The notes below the pieces were generated by a model that was given only the letters and a program-made list of their open reading frames with translations, made no database searches and had not been told where the DNA came from. A stretch of DNA of 64,000 bases from a bacterium (GTDB lineage Bacteria; Bdellovibrionota_C; UBA2361; CALJRW01). The stretch lies in the NCBI GenBank assembly GCA_031385045.1, contig JANNBC010000048.1, positions 54,321 through 118,320 on the forward strand. The letters are read 5' to 3'. Both the position numbers and the translations under genes were made by a program. Within the stretch, counting starts at the first letter, position 1; the number at the start of each line of letters is the position of its first letter. Shown piece after piece: positions 58,811 to 64,000 of the stretch.

Positions 58811-59786
58811 TATTATCCAAACAGCTAAGTCAGTCCTCGCCTCTGAAGCACAAGCAATTTGTGATCTAGCGGAAACTATTGACGAACATTTTGTCAGCTC
58901 CGTAAAAGCCATTTTGGAAATGGAAAGGCATGGACATGTAATTGTCTCTGGAATGGGAAAAGCGGGTTTAATTGGTACAAAAATTTCAGCAACATTAGCT
59001 TCAATTGGAACTGCTTCCTTTTTCTTACATCCAGCAGAAGCTTTACATGGAGATCTAGGTCGCTATCGAAAAAATGACATTGCTCTAATCCTTTCTAATT
59101 CTGGGGAAACTGAAGAGATCTTAAAAACAATTCCTGCAATCCGCAGTATTGGATGTCCAATAATTTCAATCACTGCTACCCATGACAGTACACTAGCAAA
59201 GCAGAGCGATCTAACTATTGCCATTGGCAACTCAAATGAAGCAGGCAGTCTCGGATTAGCGCCAACAACCAGTACCTGTAAAATGCTGGCGATCGGCGAT
59301 GCCTTAGCAATGTGCCTAATGCATGAGAAAGGTTTATCCGCCAAAGACTTTGCTTTTTATCATCCTGGAGGAAACCTAGGAAGAGCACTAGTAAAAGTAT
59401 CAGAGCTAATGCGTACTGGAGATGAACTTTGCGTTCTAAGCGATCAGCTCTCAATTCAAGAAGTAATTAAAAGCTATAGCGCCACAAAAGGTCGTCCCGG
59501 AGCTTCAGTATTAGTCAATCAAGCAGGTAAAGTCACCGGAATATTTACAGATGGTGACTTAAGACGTTGTCTGGATCAGGGCCTTAACTTTTTAAACCAA
59601 CCAGTTTCCTCTGTAATGGGCAAATCTCCAAAATCAGTCAGACCCGATCTACTGGCAATGGAAGCATTAAAAGCCATGTCACAATTTAAGATCGACCAAA
59701 TTATTGTGATGAATGACAACTGTGAGCCCTTGGGAATGTTAGATATTCAGGACATCTGTTTCTTAGTCCCCGGCTCTCAAATCTAA
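58800..59786 (+). CDS. kdsD: arabinose-5-phosphate isomerase (KdsD/KpsF/GutQ family: SIS plus tandem CBS)
   Basis: SIS domain (VIVSGMGKAGLIGTKISATLASIGT…, LILSNSGETEE). C-terminal CBS pair. Confidence 0.75.
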   Translation: MNSSIIQTAKSVLASEAQAICDLAETIDEHFVSSVKAILEMERHGHVIVSGMGKAGLIGTKISATLASIGTASFFLHPAEALHGDLGRYRKNDIALILSNSGETEEILKTIPAIRSIGCPIISITATHDSTLAKQSDLTIAIGNSNEAGSLGLAPTTSTCKMLAIGDALAMCLMHEKGLSAKDFAFYHPGGNLGRALVKVSELMRTGDELCVLSDQLSIQEVIKSYSATKGRPGASVLVNQAGKVTGIFTDGDLRRCLDQGLNFLNQPVSSVMGKSPKSVRPDLLAMEALKAMSQFKIDQIIVMNDNCEPLGMLDIQDICFLVPGSQI

Positions 59787-59902
59787 ATAATTCGCAATTA
59801 GCCAACAACTTTTGAAAATAAATATCGATTAGTTAATAAGCAAGAATCAGCAGTGTCCCGATTAAAGTTTTAAAAATCTTTCAATTAACTCGATTAATAA
59901 AA

Positions 59903-60313
59903 ATGATTCATAATAATCTAGCGGGATTCACATTAACTGAATTACTATCAGTCATCATGCTTGTAGGAATAGTCTGGGCGATCTCTAATTTAACTGGATC
60001 CGAAATACAAAAAACAATTACAGCTAAAACTGAACTAGAGCAGTTAAAATTAGAATTCGAAAAACAAATATCATATGCAAATATTACCAAAGAAAAAATT
60101 CAAATAATTCCAGAGAATATAAGACTAAAGGTTATCGGGAATAAATTTATCTACGAAATTCCACTAAAAAATCAACTCCTAATTAATTCTAACGAACATC
60201 AACTAAATTTTCACCCCAGGCAAGTTTGCTCTCCAGCCAGTATTTCCTCGAATGCAAATAAAAGCTGTCATTTAATAATCTCCTTGCGATGTCGTATGCG
60301 AATTCAATGCTAA
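59903..60313 (+). CDS. type IV pilin-like / T2SS pseudopilin (GspH/FimT-like)
   Basis: Class III signal peptide MIHNNLAG|FTLTELLSVIMLVGIV, with E at +5. Confidence 0.65.
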   Translation: MIHNNLAGFTLTELLSVIMLVGIVWAISNLTGSEIQKTITAKTELEQLKLEFEKQISYANITKEKIQIIPENIRLKVIGNKFIYEIPLKNQLLINSNEHQLNFHPRQVCSPASISSNANKSCHLIISLRCRMRIQC

Positions 60314-60558
60314 GTTTTAATCATAATGGATTTGGTCTACTCGAAATATTACTTAGCTTAATAATTTTGAGTCTGATGATTGGTTCGATCCTCTCCCTTC
60401 AAAACAAATCATTATTAGAACGCAACATTAGTCGACCAAAGTTCGATTCAGCTTCAGGTGAATTTAAAAATTGCCAAATAAAGAGAATAAAAACTTATAA
60501 GATACTAGTTTGTAATGAACTCAATTTCCCTAATCTTCCAAAATATATCTTCTTTTAA
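60289..60558 (+). CDS. pseudopilin (GspI/PilV-like), small
   Basis: Prepilin motif NHNG|FGLLEILLSLIILSL. Confidence 0.5.
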   Translation: MSYANSMLSFNHNGFGLLEILLSLIILSLMIGSILSLQNKSLLERNISRPKFDSASGEFKNCQIKRIKTYKILVCNELNFPNLPKYIFF

Positions 60559-61399
60559 CATAACTCAAAGGCAACAGGCTTCAAGTCTGATCGAATTACT
60601 AGTAGTAATCTCACTCAGTCTCTTTCTTTCCTTAGTTGGCTATCAAGTCCTAAAAACTTCAATCGCAATTAAAAAAGTTATCGGTATTGATTATCAAAAA
60701 AGTTATCAAGCCGTGCGGCTTAAAAGTTTAATCGAAGATATAATTCAAGATCTCAGCTGGCATACTTTGCCAATTGAACCAAAGATTTTCGGTAAAGGCG
60801 AAATTAATATTGATGGCGATCCATTTCTACTTAGTAGCGATCCATTAAAACTACCAAACGTAAGATCGGATGCGATTAGCTACCTGAGCCTAGATTATTC
60901 TCATTTAATCCATGTTACTTTGAATGAAAATCTAATCTTAGAAGGTTGTAGTGATAAGCTTATTCCTAATATTCTATATAATTTTATTGGAATTGACTTG
61001 GGTGGAGTTAGCTATTTCCAAGGCTATGCTAGAAAAATAGCAGTAGGTTGCTATCAATTCCAAGTTATTCAAATGCCAAATTTAATCTTGGCTAAACGTC
61101 ATGAGAAGTTTCCGATATTTACTAAAATCTTGATTCCAGTGGTTGATGAATATTTAGTATATGTAGATCGAACAAATCAACTTCGATATGTAACACTTAA
61201 AGGCTTAAATATTTTGGAAAACCAGCCAGTTTTTGAAGATGCTCCAGATTTATCACTTAGCCTGATTAAATATGAACAGGTCTGGCAATTAGATTTAAGG
61301 TGGAAATATCCAGAGCAGCTACCAGAGAAAGAATTTAAGCAAGTTGGGACAGCTCGACTTGCTCGCCAGTCACTCGGAAATTTATTATTAAACTTATGA
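60515..61399 (+). CDS. pseudopilin (GspJ/PilW-like)
   Basis: N-terminal …ASSLIELLVVISLSLFL pilin-like hydrophobic helix with E. 294 aa. The start codon is uncertain, since the listed one overlaps the upstream gene by 44 nt. Confidence 0.5.
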   Translation: MNSISLIFQNISSFNITQRQQASSLIELLVVISLSLFLSLVGYQVLKTSIAIKKVIGIDYQKSYQAVRLKSLIEDIIQDLSWHTLPIEPKIFGKGEINIDGDPFLLSSDPLKLPNVRSDAISYLSLDYSHLIHVTLNENLILEGCSDKLIPNILYNFIGIDLGGVSYFQGYARKIAVGCYQFQVIQMPNLILAKRHEKFPIFTKILIPVVDEYLVYVDRTNQLRYVTLKGLNILENQPVFEDAPDLSLSLIKYEQVWQLDLRWKYPEQLPEKEFKQVGTARLARQSLGNLLLNL

Positions 61400-62184
61400 A
61401 AGGTTTAATTAGTATCTACTTACTAATTATCTTAATGATCTCTACAGTATTAATCCTCGGTACATTTGAAGAGACCTTTAGCATGTTAACTCAGATTAAA
61501 TTTAGCATCAGTCATCAAAGAAAAATTGCAAATCAACAAGAAATTTTGCTTGGTCAATTAACAGACCTGGATCCTACCACTTCCCAAAGGAAGTTTTGCG
61601 TTCAGAATCAATCGGAAAAACTTTGTTACTTAAACAATAGTTTATTTGATCAAGGCAATCAGTCCGACATCATTGCAAATCTTAGTAATCAAAATCTACT
61701 ACTAGACTTCGCTAATTATGAACGATTAAGCGAAAAATGTGTTTATTCAATCCCAGCACAAAACCAGCTAGAATGGAACTTGGTTAACCCCAAAACCTGC
61801 TTACAAATTAAATCTTCATTAAAACCTGAAGCTTATTATGAATTTAACTTGGCATTGGAAGATTTTGAAATATCAACTAAGCAACTGTTACTTATAAATG
61901 GATATACTGCAATTAATAACCTACTAGTCATAAAAAATGCTACGATCATTAGTCTTGGAGACTTAATCATCGATAATTTAATCCTTACCGAACAGGCGGA
62001 AATCAATTTAATTTCGGTTCGCGGCAAAGTACATATTCGACATTATAGCGAGGATGCTCATTTGTTTCAGAAAACTGATTCTTGCTGGCAAATTGGCTCT
62101 GGCTATAAAAGACCTTCTATCCCAAATCTAAAATTTATCGAAACAATGGCCTTTAGCCTAACTCCCAAAATCCCAAGCAATTAA
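61396..62184 (+). CDS. pseudopilin (GspK/PilX-like)
   Basis: N-terminal hydrophobic helix MKGLISIYLLIILMISTVLIL without E5, as in GspK. Last gene of the four-gene cluster, with a 4-nt overlap. Confidence 0.45.
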   Translation: MKGLISIYLLIILMISTVLILGTFEETFSMLTQIKFSISHQRKIANQQEILLGQLTDLDPTTSQRKFCVQNQSEKLCYLNNSLFDQGNQSDIIANLSNQNLLLDFANYERLSEKCVYSIPAQNQLEWNLVNPKTCLQIKSSLKPEAYYEFNLALEDFEISTKQLLLINGYTAINNLLVIKNATIISLGDLIIDNLILTEQAEINLISVRGKVHIRHYSEDAHLFQKTDSCWQIGSGYKRPSIPNLKFIETMAFSLTPKIPSN

Positions 62185-62221
62185 TACCCGCCCCATGCTA
62201 ATTCCAAGATCAAATGGCTTT

Positions 62222-62240
62222 CCCCGAGTTCTCTGATACC
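62222..62240 (+). repeat. copy B1 of the intergenic motif
   Basis: ccccgagttctctgatacc. Confidence 0.5.
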
Positions 62241-62270
62241 AAAATAGAACGGTGAAATCGTTATTTCATC

Positions 62271-62290
62271 CTCCCGATATCTCTGATACT
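62271..62290 (+). repeat. copy B2 of the intergenic motif
   Basis: ctcccgatatctctgatact, 22 nt upstream of a TGgTATATA extended -10 box. Confidence 0.5.
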
Positions 62291-62309
62291 TGGGTTTTAA
62301 GTGAAGTCT

Positions 62310-62318
62310 TGGTATATA
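62310..62318 (+). promoter_or_regulatory. extended -10 element TGgTATATA, 8 nt upstream of the ATG at 62327 (leaderless-type promoter candidate)
   Basis: Read directly from the sequence; no SD. Motif copy B2 occupies the -35 region. Confidence 0.35.
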
Positions 62319-62326
62319 GATAACTA

Positions 62327-63196
62327 ATGATTATCATTCACACCGCAATTCACCCGGAAGCCAAACCACTAATTTCCATGTTACAGCTAAAACGGGACTT
62401 AGATTTTGCTGTTTTCGAATTATACCAAAATAAGGAATTTGCTTTAGTTGTCTCAGGGATTGGTAAAGTTAATACTGCAATTGCCTTAGCTACAGCTATT
62501 CAATATTTAAAAGGACAAGGACAGCTTATCTCTGGCTCAACCCTAGTAAACTTCGGCTTAGCTGGAGGAACAGGGGAATTTCAATTTGGAGAATTATACT
62601 ATGTTCAAAAAATTACTGACCAAGCAACAGAGGCAAACTACTATCCAGACTTAATTTATAAACATCAACTACCTCCCGCAATCTTAACAACATTTGATCG
62701 CCCAGTTGCTCGTGCTAGCTTTCCAGAATTATCTAATACTCTTGTGGACATGGAGGCTTCCGCATTTTTTCACACAGCAAATAAATTTGTTGATGTCCAT
62801 CAAATTCATTGCCTTAAAATTTTGATTGATCATTTAGCTCCAGAAGACTTTAAAATTGATCTTGTCAGTGAATTAATTGATAAAAAGCTCAACCTAATAA
62901 AAGACTTTTTAGATTCCTTACCTAGATCTCCAATCTTAGAAGACTTAAGTCTAAATGAGATTGCCGAAGAGCAAACAATTGAAAAAGTGATTGCTGATTT
63001 AAAACTGAGTAAATCGCAAGCACAACAACTTCGAGATCTAGTAATGCAATACCACACGATGACTCACCTACTCTTTGCTGATTTTATTCGAAGCTATCAT
63101 TACCGAGTCTCGGAACACAAAAGTATTAATGCCAACAGTTTTGAAAAACTAAAAGCAAAACTATCAATTGAAATTGGAAAGCACCTTGGAAACTAA
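62327..63196 (+). CDS. PNP/UDP-1 family nucleosidase (methylthioadenosine (MTA)/S-adenosylhomocysteine (SAH) nucleosidase or futalosine hydrolase MqnB-like) with a C-terminal extension
   Basis: ALVVSGIGKVNTAIALATAIQYL, NFGLAGG and VDMEASAFFH align with E. coli MtnN blocks (SGIGKVAAALGAT, NTGSAGG, VEMEATAIAH). Confidence 0.65.
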   Translation: MIIIHTAIHPEAKPLISMLQLKRDLDFAVFELYQNKEFALVVSGIGKVNTAIALATAIQYLKGQGQLISGSTLVNFGLAGGTGEFQFGELYYVQKITDQATEANYYPDLIYKHQLPPAILTTFDRPVARASFPELSNTLVDMEASAFFHTANKFVDVHQIHCLKILIDHLAPEDFKIDLVSELIDKKLNLIKDFLDSLPRSPILEDLSLNEIAEEQTIEKVIADLKLSKSQAQQLRDLVMQYHTMTHLLFADFIRSYHYRVSEHKSINANSFEKLKAKLSIEIGKHLGN

Positions 63197-64000
63197 ATTA
63201 AGCCGTGCCTTTGATACGATTTATATTGAGAAAGATGCCAAAGATTACCCAGTTACAATTAATATTCTAAACCAATTTAAAAAATCACAGCAAATTTCCA
63301 TCAATTCGTATCAAGAAATATTTAATCGTAATCGACAAGATTTTAGACAACAAAAGCTCTCGCCCAAGCTGATTTTGGCGATTAAAAAAGATTCCTATCT
63401 TTACCCTGGGAGCTCTTTTACTCCAAGCTTTAACCAACCACATTTCTTTTATAATGCAATGGCTCTAAACTGCCTATATGACTGTAGTTATTGCTACTTA
63501 CAAGGCATGTTTAACTCAGCAAATTTAGTAATCTTTGTTAATGAACAAGATTTCTATCAAGCAACATTAGATAAGCTAAAAGAATTAGGAAGTTTGTACT
63601 TAAGTATTTCCTATGATACTGATTTACTAGCAATTGAACATTTAACTGGCTACTGTGCAAAGTGGATCACACTTTGTCAGCAGAACCCGAAACTCCTTGT
63701 CGAATCAAGAACTAAAAGTGTCAACTTTAATGCCATCAAAGAGCTAGCTCCAGTTGATAATTTTATTTTATCTTGGACACTGAGTCCACTAAGCGTGAGC
63801 CAAAGGATTGAAATTAATACTCCAAGTCTTGTTAGTAAAATAAAAGCTATTCAGAATGCCCAAGCACAGGGATGGAAAGTTAGAATCTGCTTTGACCCAC
63901 TATTAATGCACGTAGATTGGGCTAAGCAATATAAAGATCTAATCAAATTAATTAATAGTGAATTAGACTTAAATTTGATTAGAGATTTTAGTATTGGAAG
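63186..64000 (+). CDS. spore-photoproduct-lyase (SplB)-like radical SAM enzyme. 3' end beyond the window; putative TTG start
   Basis: Open frame from 63153 to the window end. IYIEKDAKDYP, CLYDCSYCYLQ (CX3CX2C) and the downstream blocks align with B. subtilis SplB (VYIEPRALEYP, CMGHCHYCYLQ…). Not in the ORF track because it is unterminated. Confidence 0.7.
   Translation, partial: METKLSRAFDTIYIEKDAKDYPVTINILNQFKKSQQISINSYQEIFNRNRQDFRQQKLSPKLILAIKKDSYLYPGSSFTPSFNQPHFFYNAMALNCLYDCSYCYLQGMFNSANLVIFVNEQDFYQATLDKLKELGSLYLSISYDTDLLAIEHLTGYCAKWITLCQQNPKLLVESRTKSVNFNAIKELAPVDNFILSWTLSPLSVSQRIEINTPSLVSKIKAIQNAQAQGWKVRICFDPLLMHVDWAKQYKDLIKLINSELDLNLIRDFSIG

Noticed and set aside
1-64000. CRISPR arrays, rRNA, prophage or integrase signatures
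   Set aside because: There are no regularly spaced direct repeats, no rRNA-like GC-rich blocks of appropriate length, and no integrase or capsid motifs in any frame.

Overview
This is an AT-rich bacterial chromosomal segment, roughly one-third GC by eye, densely coding on both strands. The organism is Gram-negative (LpxL-family acyltransferase, KdsD/KpsF, Mla/MCE lipid-transport genes, type II secretion/type IV pilus pseudopilin-like genes, an O-antigen-type ABC exporter), with proteobacterial-style gene neighbourhoods (cmk-rpsA, rpsP-trmD, ffh, metK, AddAB). Many lineage-specific hypothetical and secreted proteins plus a patatin-like lipase fit a predatory Bdellovibrio-like organism, but that is a guess.

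Housekeeping anchors I can support from sequence motifs:
- rpsA (5' complete, 3' cut by the window edge), cmk, trmO
- STAS-mlaE fusion, mlaF, mlaD and a PqiC-like lipoprotein
- AddB-AddA helicase-nuclease followed by yheU; yggU (DUF167); an MFS transporter
- a polysaccharide locus: hpt, wzt, wzm, two family-1 glycosyltransferases (GT1/GT4-type), with cmoB embedded
- an M48 protease, ffh, rpsP (K/A-rich C-terminal tail), trmD, a SPOUT methyltransferase, uppP, an ACT-malic enzyme, metK, trmB, a TPR lipoprotein, lpxL, kdsD

No rRNA, tRNA or CRISPR array was found.

Things worth a second look:
1. A gamma-class N6-adenine DNA methyltransferase whose coding region overlaps a TraB/PrgY (Tiki-like) gene and is followed by a small membrane protein; no restriction nuclease is visible.
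2. A methylthioadenosine (MTA)/futalosine-type nucleosidase immediately upstream of a spore-photoproduct-lyase-like radical SAM gene, in a non-sporeformer.
3. A roughly 19-nt motif, CCCCGAnnTCTCTGATAC, present four times in intergenic DNA, with one possible degenerate fifth copy.
4. A compact cluster of five consecutive hairpins just upstream of ffh.
5. A GC-rich, highly structured island in a 447-bp divergent intergenic region, a candidate non-coding RNA.
6. A single-copy HUH Y1 transposase-like gene (REP-associated tyrosine transposase, RAYT, / IS200-like) with a 170-aa C-terminal extension and no IS ends.
7. A 6.5-kb block of four large ORFan proteins.
8. Apparently leaderless genes, with a -10 box abutting the ATG.
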